Origin: Ignavibacteriota bacterium
Lineage (GTDB): Bacteria; Bacteroidota; Ignavibacteria; UBA10030; UBA6906
Direction: 5' to 3'
Length of the DNA stretch: 64,000 nt
Assembly (NCBI GenBank): GCA_963801355.1
Contig: CAWDEM010000008.1
Location: 2,784,001-2,848,000, forward strand
The notes beneath the pieces are model-generated. The model did no database searches and had not been told where the DNA came from. It saw only the letters and a program-made list of their open reading frames with translations. Positions 9,379 through 21,700 of the stretch are shown in pieces; the first letter of the stretch is position 1; every line of letters begins with the position of its first letter. A program made the translations under genes and the position numbers.

Positions 9379-10396
9379 AGACTTCCTCCGCGCCGCCGCG
9401 ACCGGCGATGATGACCTCGCCCTGGTCTTCCAGCTGCTTCACTATTTCCACGATGCGTGTCTGTGCCGCTTCCACCTCTTTGAGGCGCACCGGACCCATA
9501 TATTGCAGCTCTTCCTTGAGCAGCTCGCGTGCGCGCTCGGACATATTGCGCAGCACTTTGTCCTTGAGTTTGTCCTCCACCACCTTCAACGCCAGCGCCA
9601 GTTCGCGTTTGTCCACCTCCCGGAGGACACGCTGGATCCCCCGGTCGTCCACGTACAACAGATCCTCAAAGAGGAACATGAGTCGTTTTATCTCGCCCGA
9701 CAGCTGCGGGTCCTGCAGTTCAATGTGCTCCAGGATCATTTTCGCGGTGGCGTTGGTACACTTGTTCAGGATCGACGCCATGGATTTGGAGCCACCCAGG
9801 GAGCTCATGTTCTGACTGATTTCCGTGCGGGCGATTTCTTCCACAACGTCTTCCATTTCGGCGAGCAGCGCGGGCGAAACCTTCCCGAGTGTCGCCACCC
9901 GGAGACTGACGTCGTTCCGCAGATCGTCAGGCAATTCCGTCAACACCTGCGCGCACTGATCCGGGGAGAGATTGGAGACGATGAGCGCGATGGTCTGGGG
10001 GTGTTCCTTCGACAGGAAGCCCGCCAGCTGCGAGGCGTCAGCCTTTTTCAGCATGCCGAACCCTTTGACATGCGTCAGGGCTTTCACCTTTTCGAGCACG
10101 TCGGTCGCACGCGAGAAACCCAGGGTCTCCTCGAGCAGCTTCTGCGCGTAGTCAATCCCCCCCTGAATCACGTACTCCTGGGCGGTAATCATGCGGTGGA
10201 ATTCCTCCACAACGACATCCACCAGCGACGACGGAACGCCGCGCACATTGGAAATGTCGATTGTGAGGAGTTCAATTTCCTCCTGTGACAGCTGGCGCAT
10301 CAGCCGCGTTGCAGTCTCCGCATCCAGCGACAGCATGAGCAGCGCTGCTTTCTGTCTGGAGGTCAATCTGTCCGCACTGAGATTGGGGATCGGCAC
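9371..10396 (-). CDS. fliG: Flagellar motor switch protein FliG
   Basis: QKAALLMLSL, GGIDYA, EHPQTIALI, MFLFEDL, NMSERA. Confidence 0.97.
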   Translation of the reverse strand: MPIPNLSADRLTSRQKAALLMLSLDAETATRLMRQLSQEEIELLTIDISNVRGVPSSLVDVVVEEFHRMITAQEYVIQGGIDYAQKLLEETLGFSRATDVLEKVKALTHVKGFGMLKKADASQLAGFLSKEHPQTIALIVSNLSPDQCAQVLTELPDDLRNDVSLRVATLGKVSPALLAEMEDVVEEIARTEISQNMSSLGGSKSMASILNKCTNATAKMILEHIELQDPQLSGEIKRLMFLFEDLLYVDDRGIQRVLREVDKRELALALKVVEDKLKDKVLRNMSERARELLKEELQYMGPVRLKEVEAAQTRIVEIVKQLEDQGEVIIAGRGGAEEVFV

Positions 10397-10411
10397 CTGT
10401 TCTACTCCGGA

Positions 10412-11953
10412 TTATTCTTCTGTCAACCAGACTTTGAGCAGCCGTGCACTGTCGCCCGGCTTCTCGCGGATGTACTCCGAAATCTTCTTCCGCCGTTCAT
10501 TCCGCAGGAGTGCATCGGTACTGATTTCTTCTTCGGGATTCGGGAGCTCGATGACCGGCCGTCTTCCGTCAAGCTGCACCCCCAGCCCGGGAATGTCCGT
10601 TTCAAGCACCGGCAATTCGATCCGTGACCGGAACCGGCGCAGCAGTGACCAGAGGACCGTGAGGGCGCCCAGCATGGCGATGCCCAGGAAGATCTGCTCT
10701 TTGTAGCCGGTCCACTCTGCAAACGGTGAGGAGCGATAGACGAACTCCTGTTCGGGGGCGTGTGTGCCGAAGGTCAGGTTTGTCACCGAGACCTCATCAT
10801 TGCGGAGCGCGTTGAATCCTACCGCCCTGCGCACCAGATCAGTGAGCTGAAGCATCTCTTGGTCCGGACGCGGCTGTATCTCCGTCACGGTCTGACCGTC
10901 GCGCAGGACCGTTGCCGGCACACCATTCACCAGAGCCGCCACTGTCAGCCGTTTGATGTTGCCGAGATTTTCAACAATGTGCTCTACGGTCTTATTGACT
11001 TCATAGTTCGTGACCGTGTTCGACCGCGTCGACGGGGGAAGAGAATCGCCCGTGATTGATTTTTCTTCGCTGATCTGTTCGCTGCGCACGGCCGTCCTGT
11101 CGGGGTCGTACTGCTCCAGCGTCCGTTCCACCTGGCGGAAATCGAGCTCGGCATTGACCTGCACCAGGGCATTCCCTTCGCCCACAACGCTTTCGAGCAG
11201 CGACTGCGCCTTCTGCCCCAGGTAGCCTTCCACATGCTGCTGCATCTCGTACTGCGTCGCCGTGAGTGCGGCTACGGAGTTTGGCTTGTGCACATCCGAG
11301 AGGAGCTGGCCTCTGGAGTCGACGATCGTGACATTTCCCGCTTCAAGCCCTTCCACGCTGCTGGACACCAGATGGGCGATTCCCTGAATGATCTCCGCCT
11401 TCGGCGCTCTGGTGCTTTTCAGCTTCAGGACGACTGACGCCGTGGATGGCTTCTCGTCTTCCTTGAAGAGCACCTTTTCGGGAACCACGAGGTGCACCCG
11501 TGCTGCTTCCACTTCCTCGATGGTGAGAATGGTACGGGCAAGTTCGCCTTCAAGGGCCCGCCGGTAGTTCACCTTCTGCACGAAGTCCGATATGCCGAGG
11601 TTTGTGCGGTCAAAGATCTCGTATCCGATCACGCTTGATTGCGGGAGGCCTTCGCCGGCCAGAGCCAGGCGCATTTCATACACCTTCTGCTTCGGCACAA
11701 GGATGGATTTCCCGGCGTCGTCCAGTTGATAGGAGACGTCCTTCTCCTGCAGTTTTCCGATGATTTTCGAAGCATCTTCCGGGCTGAGATTGCTGAAGAG
11801 CGTGCTGTAGGTCGGGGCGTTCACCAGGGTGACCAGGGCGATGATTCCCGCGATGGTCCCCAGCGTGACGAGGCCAATCGTGACCTTCTGGCCTGTTGTG
11901 AGCCTGCGTACCAGGCCCGTCAATTGCTGCTGCAGTACTGTGCGATCAGCCAT
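10412..11953 (-). CDS. fliF: Flagellar M-ring protein FliF
   Basis: GYEIFD, RALEGELARTI, ARVHLVVP, two TM segments. Confidence 0.96.
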   Translation of the reverse strand: MADRTVLQQQLTGLVRRLTTGQKVTIGLVTLGTIAGIIALVTLVNAPTYSTLFSNLSPEDASKIIGKLQEKDVSYQLDDAGKSILVPKQKVYEMRLALAGEGLPQSSVIGYEIFDRTNLGISDFVQKVNYRRALEGELARTILTIEEVEAARVHLVVPEKVLFKEDEKPSTASVVLKLKSTRAPKAEIIQGIAHLVSSSVEGLEAGNVTIVDSRGQLLSDVHKPNSVAALTATQYEMQQHVEGYLGQKAQSLLESVVGEGNALVQVNAELDFRQVERTLEQYDPDRTAVRSEQISEEKSITGDSLPPSTRSNTVTNYEVNKTVEHIVENLGNIKRLTVAALVNGVPATVLRDGQTVTEIQPRPDQEMLQLTDLVRRAVGFNALRNDEVSVTNLTFGTHAPEQEFVYRSSPFAEWTGYKEQIFLGIAMLGALTVLWSLLRRFRSRIELPVLETDIPGLGVQLDGRRPVIELPNPEEEISTDALLRNERRKKISEYIREKPGDSARLLKVWLTEE

Positions 11954-11956
11954 GGA

Positions 11957-12265
11957 TTACACCTGCATCCTCATGATTTCACGGTAGGCGTCGAGAGCCT
12001 TGTTACGGATTTCCATCAACAGATCGAAGCTGGTTTTGGCCTTTTCCACGGCAACCATCACTTCATGAAGGTCAACGGTTTCCCCGACGACCATTTTCTC
12101 CACCGCTTTGCCGGCTTCATTCTGTAGTGAGTTGACGTCCGCCATCACTCGTTCCAGGGTTTCGCCGAAGGAAGCATTGGTCTCCTTGAGCGTCCGGTTT
12201 ATCTGACTGCGTTGGTTCGTTTGTGCGACATTTGGGACCAGGGTCAGAGCTTGGCTGATTTTCAT
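11957..12265 (-). CDS. fliE: Flagellar hook-basal body protein FliE
   Basis: DLHEVMVAVEKA...EIRNKALDAYREIMRMQV. Confidence 0.96.
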   Translation of the reverse strand: MKISQALTLVPNVAQTNQRSQINRTLKETNASFGETLERVMADVNSLQNEAGKAVEKMVVGETVDLHEVMVAVEKAKTSFDLLMEIRNKALDAYREIMRMQV

Positions 12266-12268
12266 GAG

Positions 12269-12544
12269 TTATCCTTTGCGGTCCACCAGCGTCCCGGTGG
12301 GTGCATTCTGCTGTTGAATTCCCCGGTCCGAGTAGACCTGATAGGCACGGACGTCGGTGCCGGATTCGGGAAAAAGCCCTTCGAAGAACTTCTGTTCGTC
12401 TGTGGAGAGCAGCGGGGTGTTCTCGACGCGAACCGCTGCATGCTGTGATGGCACCCCGGCCGGCAGCGCCGTTGCACCGGTTCCGCGACGATTTCCTGCC
12501 GTGCCGGTGAACACCGGGGACGAATGTATTGCGCGCACATCCAT
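12269..12544 (-). CDS. Hypothetical 91 aa protein between flgC and fliE
   Basis: Fills the gap with 2-3 nt spacing to both neighbours; GGAG-type SD in the flgC 3' end; ends GTLVDRKG. Confidence 0.7.
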   Translation of the reverse strand: MDVRAIHSSPVFTGTAGNRRGTGATALPAGVPSQHAAVRVENTPLLSTDEQKFFEGLFPESGTDVRAYQVYSDRGIQQQNAPTGTLVDRKG

Positions 12545-12546
12545 AC

Positions 12547-13044
12547 TCAGATCTCCAGAGAGTCTTTTGCCATATTTTTCGCAGCAGTGATTGCCACGAC
12601 GTTCGCCTCAAACGATCGCGAGGCGGAAATCATGTTGACCATCTCGGTAACGACATTGACATTGGGCATTGCGACGTAGCCGTTGGGATCCGCATCGGGA
12701 TTGCCCGGGTCATACACCAGGCGCGGGGGAGCGGGATCCACCGCTTCCTGTGCCTCAATGCTCGACATCGCCGGCGATGCTTCCCCGGTGACAAACCCGC
12801 CACCCGTGACATGGCCTGGCTGGGTCGTGGCAAGGGGAACGCTGGCCTGGCGGAATGCAGAAGCGAACACCTGTGCACTGCGCGCCTTCAGCTCCACGAT
12901 CTTGCGCCGGTAGGGTCCGCCACCTTCGGTTTTCGTCGTCTCTGCGTTTGCGAGATTTTCAGCGATGCTGTCCATCCGGCGGCGTTGTACGCTGAGCCCC
13001 CGGGAACTGATGTTCAGCCCTGCAAAAATCCGATCAAGTTTCAT
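12547..13044 (-). CDS. flgC: Flagellar basal-body rod protein FlgC
   Basis: RMDSIAENLANAETT...GGPYRRK; YDPGNPDADPNGYVAMPNVN. Confidence 0.97.
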   Translation of the reverse strand: MKLDRIFAGLNISSRGLSVQRRRMDSIAENLANAETTKTEGGGPYRRKIVELKARSAQVFASAFRQASVPLATTQPGHVTGGGFVTGEASPAMSSIEAQEAVDPAPPRLVYDPGNPDADPNGYVAMPNVNVVTEMVNMISASRSFEANVVAITAAKNMAKDSLEI

Positions 13045-13460
13045 AGCGTCCCCTTGATGCTCTTCTGAATACCCCGGAACGTGTCGCCGATCAGGCGGGC
13101 TGCAAACTTGAACCGCAACTGCGTCTTCGCAAGTTCCGCCATTTCCTGATCGAGGTCGACATTGTTCACCCCGCTTGCGAGAGGATCGGTCAGCTCTCCG
13201 GAGGGCTCAGTCTGCACTACCGGCGTCGCCGCCGGTGCTGCCTGTCCACCGATGGGCATGTGCCGTGGATCGGTGCACATGCCGGGAATACCACCGGCCT
13301 GCAACGCGCCGGAGAGCTCGTCTTCGAACTTCACCGACTGGGCTTTATAACCCGGCGTTGTAATGTTGGCGATGTTTCCGGCGATGACCTTCTGACGGAG
13401 AGTATACGCATCCAGAGCCCTGTGCAGTACAGGGATTTTTGTGCCATCAAATAGTCGCAT
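13041..13460 (-). CDS. flgB: Flagellar basal-body rod protein FlgB
   Basis: LRQKVIAGNIANITTPGYK; NNVDLDQEMAEL. Start at ATG 13460 (MRLFD). Confidence 0.95.
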   Translation of the reverse strand: MRLFDGTKIPVLHRALDAYTLRQKVIAGNIANITTPGYKAQSVKFEDELSGALQAGGIPGMCTDPRHMPIGGQAAPAATPVVQTEPSGELTDPLASGVNNVDLDQEMAELAKTQLRFKFAARLIGDTFRGIQKSIKGTL

Positions 13461-13648
13461 GCTTTTGCTTGAGATTGTTTCTTCCTCGCTCACTGACCGT
13501 CCGGAACACGCCTCCTGCGTCTGTATCACGCTCGGCCCTCACTTCCATGTTCCGGCCGCCCAGATCTTCCCGCACACCGCTGTTGTGGTGAGCCACTCCG
13601 CCGACACTGCCGGGCGAGAGGATCCCACCTTTCCCCCCGCCCAACAGG

Positions 13649-13816
13649 TCACAAGCCCAGATCGTCATCCCAGCCGTCGTAGTGGTACTGAAGTTTCTGA
13701 GTGGATGTGTTTCTATGTGAGACAACGGCATACGCCGTCACCAGTGTTGCGACGAGACCGGCGAAAAGTGCCAGGCCGCCTATGCTGATCTTCAGGTTCT
13801 TGGGGCCATGTATCAT
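13649..13816 (-). CDS. Small (55 aa) predicted single-pass membrane protein
   Basis: MIHGPKNLKISIGGLALFAGLVATLVTAYAVVSHRN...YDGWDDDLGL; GAGG SD; first ORF after the 13871-13887 promoter. Confidence 0.55.
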   Translation of the reverse strand: MIHGPKNLKISIGGLALFAGLVATLVTAYAVVSHRNTSTQKLQYHYDGWDDDLGL

Positions 13817-13870
13817 GTTGCATCGTCCTCTGATTCGGGAAGCATTTGGTGAATTCTTCCCACTTCGTGT

Positions 13871-13887
13871 ATCAACTGGGGTGCCAA
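13871..13887 (-). promoter_or_regulatory. sigma54-type promoter (variant -12 GA) heading the flgB operon
   Basis: Minus strand TTGGCACCCCAGTTGAT (GG-N10-GA). Confidence 0.7.
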
Positions 13888-13959
13888 CCTTCGTCCGTGG
13901 GCCGTCAAGCCCAAAGCACGTGACTTCTTTCGGTGCTGACGTGACGACCCAGGCGCGGC

Positions 13960-13996
13960 TGGCTGTTATTAGCCACATGATGGCTACTCTTCGTCA
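13960..13996. promoter_or_regulatory. Tandem candidate enhancer (UAS) boxes
   Basis: TGGCTGTTATTAGCCA (13960) and TGGCTACTCTTCGTCA (13981), 21 bp apart. Confidence 0.65.
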
Positions 13997-14253
13997 TACT
14001 CCAGCCTCAGACTCGCAGAACGGCCGCATTTGCACTGAAAATCGACGCCTGTCACCCGGTCCCCATCTCGCTGCACATAGATCATTGGATCTTCCGCGCT
14101 TCTCTCTTCCAGGCCCACCTCCTCAATGCCTTTTCGCACCACCTGTGCGCGTTTGACGACGTTTCGCCTGGCGTCAACGCCGCGGTGTTTTTCATGTTCC
14201 TGTGTACAGTCCGCCAATTCCTTGAATTCCTCTGTCTGTCCCTGCCGGATCAT
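13984..14253 (-). CDS. Hypothetical 89 aa protein with C-terminal CxCG motif
   Basis: Starts 4 nt after the upstream regulator's stop; ends VTGVDFQCKCGRSASLRLEYDEE. Confidence 0.7.
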   Translation of the reverse strand: MIRQGQTEEFKELADCTQEHEKHRGVDARRNVVKRAQVVRKGIEEVGLEERSAEDPMIYVQRDGDRVTGVDFQCKCGRSASLRLEYDEE

Positions 14254-14257
14254 TGTG

Positions 14258-14826
14258 CTACCCCTTGCGCCGTTTTATCTCTGCGAGCTGCGGTTCGACA
14301 ATACTCGCGTAACATTCAGGGCAAATGCCGTGTGAGAACTTTGCCTCCGACCGTTGTGTGATGTAGAGCTCGACGGGTTCCCACTTCTCCCCTCCTGCGT
14401 GAATCCGCTTGCACCGCGGACAGATCGGCAGCAACTCTTCCAGGTGCCGCATCTGACGCTGCAGCGACAGTATGCGTGTCGCCACACCGAGCCGCACTGC
14501 GAGTTCGGCGGTGTCCGCGGGTTTCACGATGAAGTCATCTGCCCCCGAGCTCATGCCTTCGACATACGCGCGCGTCTTTTCGAGAGCCGTCAGAATGATG
14601 ATGTATGTGTAGTCGGAACGCTTCACCGAGCGTATGCGCCGGCAGAGCTCGGGTCCGCTCATCTCCGGCATGATCCAATCAGTGATCACCAGGGCAGGTT
14701 GCTCCCGCTGGTATGCCTCCCATGCGCGCGCACCGTCTTCCGCCTCCACTACCGAATATCCCATTTGCAGCAACTGCCGGGAAAGTATGGTACGCGATGC
14801 CTCGTCGTCCTCGGCGATGAGCACTT

Positions 14827-14830
<4 letters not shown>
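14258..14830 (-). CDS. Response regulator, REC plus C-terminal CxxC...HxxCxxC domain
   Basis: [24 protein letters not shown]; [10 protein letters not shown]...FSHGICPEC. Confidence 0.9.
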
Positions 14831-17011
<2,181 letters not shown>

Positions 17012-17019
<8 letters not shown>

Positions 17020-17863
17020 CCGCCATCATTGTTTGCAGGGCATCATGATATTGACGATCCACCTGTTCCTCCACGCTGGCGAGGGCACTCGGATGGAGAC
17101 CCAATTTCTCCCAGGCGCCGGGATCCAGCGGGGGCACATACATCTCCCCGCTGCTGCCGAGGTTCATGGCGTGAACAATGATATCGGAGAGGTGGACGAT
17201 CGCTGTTTCCATGGGAAAGCGATTCGCGGAGGCCGGCTCGTGATGGAACATCGCAATCTCTTCCAGGCTCGCCGGCAACTTCCAGATCTGGAGCAGCATG
17301 CCACCGACAAGGGCATGGGTAAACCCCAGCGCCTCACGCTCCGCTTCGTAGAGCAACATGGGCCCGTCGTGTGCGCGCTGGAGAATTTCCTGGCTCTTGT
17401 CGGCCAGCTTGGTGAACAGCACGAGTCTGCCGATGTCGTGCAGCATCCCCGCAACAAAGAAACGTTCCGGGGTGGTGTCCCGGCGCATTGTGGCAAGGAC
17501 CCGCGCCGCGAGACCGCAGGCAATGCTGTGCCGCCAGAACGAATCCATGCTCACGACGTGCGACTCGATGCCCTTAAACATCTTCATGACCGACGTGGCC
17601 AGGGCGAGGGCGCTCAGCTGCTGGGTACCCACGATTGTCACAGCCTGCGATATCGTCTCGACCCTTGAGGGGAAATTGTAGAACGCACTGTTGACGATGC
17701 GCAGCAGGCGCGCCGTCAGGCCGGGATCGTCACGGATGACTTTCGCGATGTCCGACATCGACTTTTTGGGATTGTTGATCGCCTCCTCCAGCCGGAAATG
17801 GATGGTGGGAAGGGTCGATACCTCGACGTATCCTTTCAGCAGGTCACGCGGACTGATGTCCAT
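17012..17863 (-). CDS. HDOD domain protein
   Basis: [39 protein letters not shown]. Confidence 0.93.
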
Positions 17864-18203
17864 CCTGGGCCTCCGTCATCGTACGTACATAACGTAGAAT
17901 GGCAAGACGGGCAAGTTCCTTTGTGCCCGCGTGCTCCATATCGGTAAAGTGGAACGCGGCTCGAATCGCCTCCTCGGCTTTCTCGCGCGCCGCCGGATCG
18001 ATTGCCGCTGCATCCTGCGCGGCGACATCCTCCATCGCCACTCCCTGGATATCTGCCTCGGTAACCCCCCACATTCTAAACACCCGGATATGCTTCTCGG
18101 AGATCTCGATCCCCTTGCCGAGCAGGGTCCTGCCGTTCCGGTCCTGCACATCGGCGGCAAGCACCATCCCGGCACGAACATCATTGATGCTGATTTTACC
18201 CAT
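17844..18203 (-). CDS. Stand-alone small protein resembling the N-terminal domain of HD-GYP proteins (DUF3391-like)
   Basis: ISINDVRAGMVLAADV.DRNGRTLLGKG.EISEKHI...WGV; overlaps the HDOD start. Confidence 0.75.
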   Translation of the reverse strand: MGKISINDVRAGMVLAADVQDRNGRTLLGKGIEISEKHIRVFRMWGVTEADIQGVAMEDVAAQDAAAIDPAAREKAEEAIRAAFHFTDMEHAGTKELARLAILRYVRTMTEAQDGHQSA

Positions 18204-18221
18204 AGGTCGTATCCTCGTGTG

Positions 18222-18752
18222 TCAGAGCTTGCTGCAATCTGGACATAGTGTGTGCTCAAAGGCTGTTTCGGTTTTGTCCCCGACATAGGATTCCAGGGGA
18301 TGCCAGTGGTTCTGCTCATCCCGGATCTTCTTGCAGTAGGAACAGATCGGCAGCAATCCCTCGAGCTGGTCCACATCATTCTGGAGGCTGACCACGCGCT
18401 CTGCCACCCGCAGCCGCGCGTTGAGACCATCCGGATCCAGCGGTTTGGTGACAAAATCATCGGCTCCCGCTTCCATTCCCTGGAGGTACTTCTCCCTGCC
18501 GCTCAACGCGGTCAGGAGAATCACATAGGTGTACGCCGTTCGTTCCATTCCCCGGATCCGCCGGCAGAGCTCCAGACCGTCCATCTCCGGCATCATCCAG
18601 TCCGTGATCACCATGCACGGATGTTCCTTCTGAAAGAGAGTCCACGCGGTGTTTCCGTCGTCGGCCGTGATCACCTCGTGCCCCATCCGGCGCACCCGTG
18701 CGGCAAGAATGTTGCTGGATACTTCGTCGTCTTCCGCAATCAGCACTTTCAT
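18222..18752 (-). CDS. Response regulator, REC plus C-terminal CxxC...HxxCxxC domain
   Basis: [19 protein letters not shown]; LPICSYCKKIRD...FEHTLCPDC. Confidence 0.9.
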   Translation of the reverse strand: MKVLIAEDDEVSSNILAARVRRMGHEVITADDGNTAWTLFQKEHPCMVITDWMMPEMDGLELCRRIRGMERTAYTYVILLTALSGREKYLQGMEAGADDFVTKPLDPDGLNARLRVAERVVSLQNDVDQLEGLLPICSYCKKIRDEQNHWHPLESYVGDKTETAFEHTLCPDCSKL

Positions 18753-21700
18753 CGCGCGCGCTCGCGGGCAGTGCAGTAGTTTGCAATTGCCTCCCGGACG
18801 GAGGCAAAGGCGGTCTCAAGGGTATTGACGATTTCCGTCGCCCCGTCGGTGCCCCCCCGTTGTCCCATCTCCTGAAGTTGCTGGGCAATGGATGCCATCC
18901 GCGTTGCGCCGATATTCCAGCAGCTCCCTTTCAACGCATGCGCTGTTTGGCCCAGGGACGCTGCATCGCCCGTTTCCGCGGCCACGACCAGCTTGACGAG
19001 TCTGGACTCCGTATCCTCTTCGAACCGCCGGAGGATGGACATCACCCATTCCGGGTCTTCTTCGTCACCGAGGTCCGCCAACTCATCCCACCGCGCCCGG
19101 TCGATGACCGGTTCCTGCGCGTCCCCGTGCTTTTGCGGCACGGCAATTCGTACTGGACCCTGTTGCATGATCTTGCCTCTCCATTCGTTGAGGATCGCCG
19201 CAAGGGCCTTTTGGGTTACAGGCTTGGCCATATAGTCATCCATGCCCGCCGCGAGGCACTTGTCGCGATCCTGTTTGAGCGCATTCGCCGTCATCGCAAT
19301 GATGACCGTGTGTGTGTCGCTTGCCTCTGTCGCCCGGATCATTTCCGTGGCCATGAAGCCGTCGACCTCGGGCATGTTACAGTCCATGAACACCAGATCG
19401 TATGGAACGGCCCGAAGTGCGTCCACAGCTTCCTGACCGTTCGCCACAAGGTCCGCCCGGCAGCCGAGCTTTGTCAGCATGCGGAGCGCGACCTTCTGAT
19501 TGACGATGTTGTCTTCTGCGACCAGCACCCGCAACGAGCGGGCGGGACCTGCGTCGCCCGACTCCGGGATTTCCTGAACCATCTCCCCTGCGCCGGAATC
19601 CTTGGTTCCACCAGCACTCGTAGCGGTCTGTCGTGAGAAACACGCCGTGAACCAGAAGGTGCTGCCGCCGCCCGGGTCGCTCCGGACGTCGATGGTGCCA
19701 CCCATGAGTTCCACGAGCTGCTTGGAAATCTTAAGCCCGAGCCCTGTTCCTCCATACTTGCGCGTGGTGGATCCGTCCGCCTGAAAGAACGCCTGGAAGA
19801 GGTGCGCCCGGGCATCGGCGGGAATTCCGATGCCGGTGTCGGCGACTTCAAACCGGAGTCGAACATCTTCCTCTCGCTCCTCCTGGACCGTGACGTGGAC
19901 CGACACCTCACCCTTCTCCGTGAATTTGACGGCATTATTCAAAAGGTTCACAAGAATCTGGCGCAGCCGACCGGGATCGCCGTTCAACGCCGCAGGAACT
20001 CCCTCGGAGATTGTACATGAGAGTTGCAGTCCCTTCTCACGCGCCCTCGGCGCAAGGAGATCCACCGCCTCTTCGACGGTCATCCGCGGATCGAAGCCGA
20101 GACACTCGAGCGACATCTTTCCCGCTTCGATCTTCGAAAAGTCCAGAATGCCGTTAATGATCGAGAGGAGCGCATTGCCGGAGGTCCGGATGGTCTCTGC
20201 GAACTCCCGCTGATCATCCGTGAGGGGTGTATCAAGAAGTATGCCCGTCATGCCGATGATCCCGTTCATCGGCGTACGGATTTCATGGCTCATATTCGCG
20301 ACAAATTCGGATTTGAGTTGCGAGGCCTGCAGGGCTTCCTCTTTTGCCTGGCGCAGTTCGACCGCCTGAATTTCCAGCATACGCGCCTGCTCTTCGGCCT
20401 TCGATTTTGCGACGAACAGGTCAGACGCATGACGTGCAAGCTCACCCTCGGCGAGCTTGCGCTCGGTAATGTCGCGGACGATGCTCAAGAGTATTGGCGG
20501 TTGTCCCTCGCTTTCGATAAACGCATTCGAAACGGCAAACCAGATCGAGCGGTCATTCCAGAGAACGTTCTCCTTTTCGAAGTACGCCTCGACATCCCGT
20601 GCTGCGAAGTGGGCCCGGTAGTTCTGCAACACGTGGTCCCGTTTAGCACTCTGATACAGCACCGCCATGGAATTGCCTTCAAGGTCCTCCCGCGAGAGCC
20701 CGACCAGCTCGCAGAATGCTTTGTTCACGATCAGGATACGGCCGTCCGCGTCGGACAGGCGCATCCCGTCACGCGAATTCTCCCAGAGAAGCCGGAACTG
20801 GTTTTCGGACTTACGCAGCTGCTCTTCCGCCCGTTTTCGTTCGGTGATATCCCGCGCCACGATCACGACGCCGAGCACCCGGCTCTCGTGCATGAGGATG
20901 GAGGTTGTCAGCGACATCCAGAAGGTCCCCCCCTGCCGGGAAGCGCCCATAATATCTCCGCTCCATCCCCCCTTCAACGTCCCGCGCGTGGCACCACGGA
21001 TCATTTCGGGCGGCATCGACGTCGACAATAGCACAGCGACCTGTTTGCCGATGAGCTCGTCCAGCGTATAGCCGAAACGGTCCGTGACGGCACGGTTGGC
21101 ATAACTGATCCTGCCGCGCGAGTCGGTGATCAGCACGAATTCACGGATGGATCGCGTGACGTACGCAAGCCGGATCAACTCCTGTTCGATTTTTTTCCGT
21201 TCGGTGATATCTTCCTTCACAGCCACGTAGTGTGTAGTAAGCCCTTCGGCATTCCTGATGGGCGATATCGACGCATACTCCCAGTAGATGGCCCCGTCTT
21301 TTCTCCGGTTGGAGAACTCTCCGCGCCATTCCTTCCCCTGCAACAGTGTGTCCCACATACCCCGGTATACGTCCGCCGGCGTGTGGCCGGAATTCAGGAT
21401 CCGCGGGTTACGGCCGATCACCTCTGCAGCGGAATAGCCGCTTGCCTGCTCGAACTTCGGGTTGACGTATTCAATGGTCCCTTCAAGATCCGTGACCATG
21501 ATGGATGCGGGACTTTGCTCAACCGCGCGCGAGACCGTCCGCAAACGGTTGTTCAGCTCCTGCATCTCTTCTTCAGCTCGTTTCTTATTGATGCTCAGCG
21601 CGACCTGGGGGGCGACCGCCTCAAGCAGCTGCATCTCATGATGCGAGAACCGGATTCTCTCGTCGTAGCTTTGCACAACCACGGCACCGAATGATTTCCC

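Noticed and set aside
13461-13648. c-di-GMP riboswitch upstream of flgB
   Set aside because: No GEMM-type GGCAAAC...GAAA...GACGCAAAGC pattern visible; an Infernal search is needed to exclude other RNAs.
13447-13731. 94 aa minus-strand ORF upstream of flgB
   Set aside because: Overlaps both the 55 aa ORF and the flgB start, and has no recognisable features.
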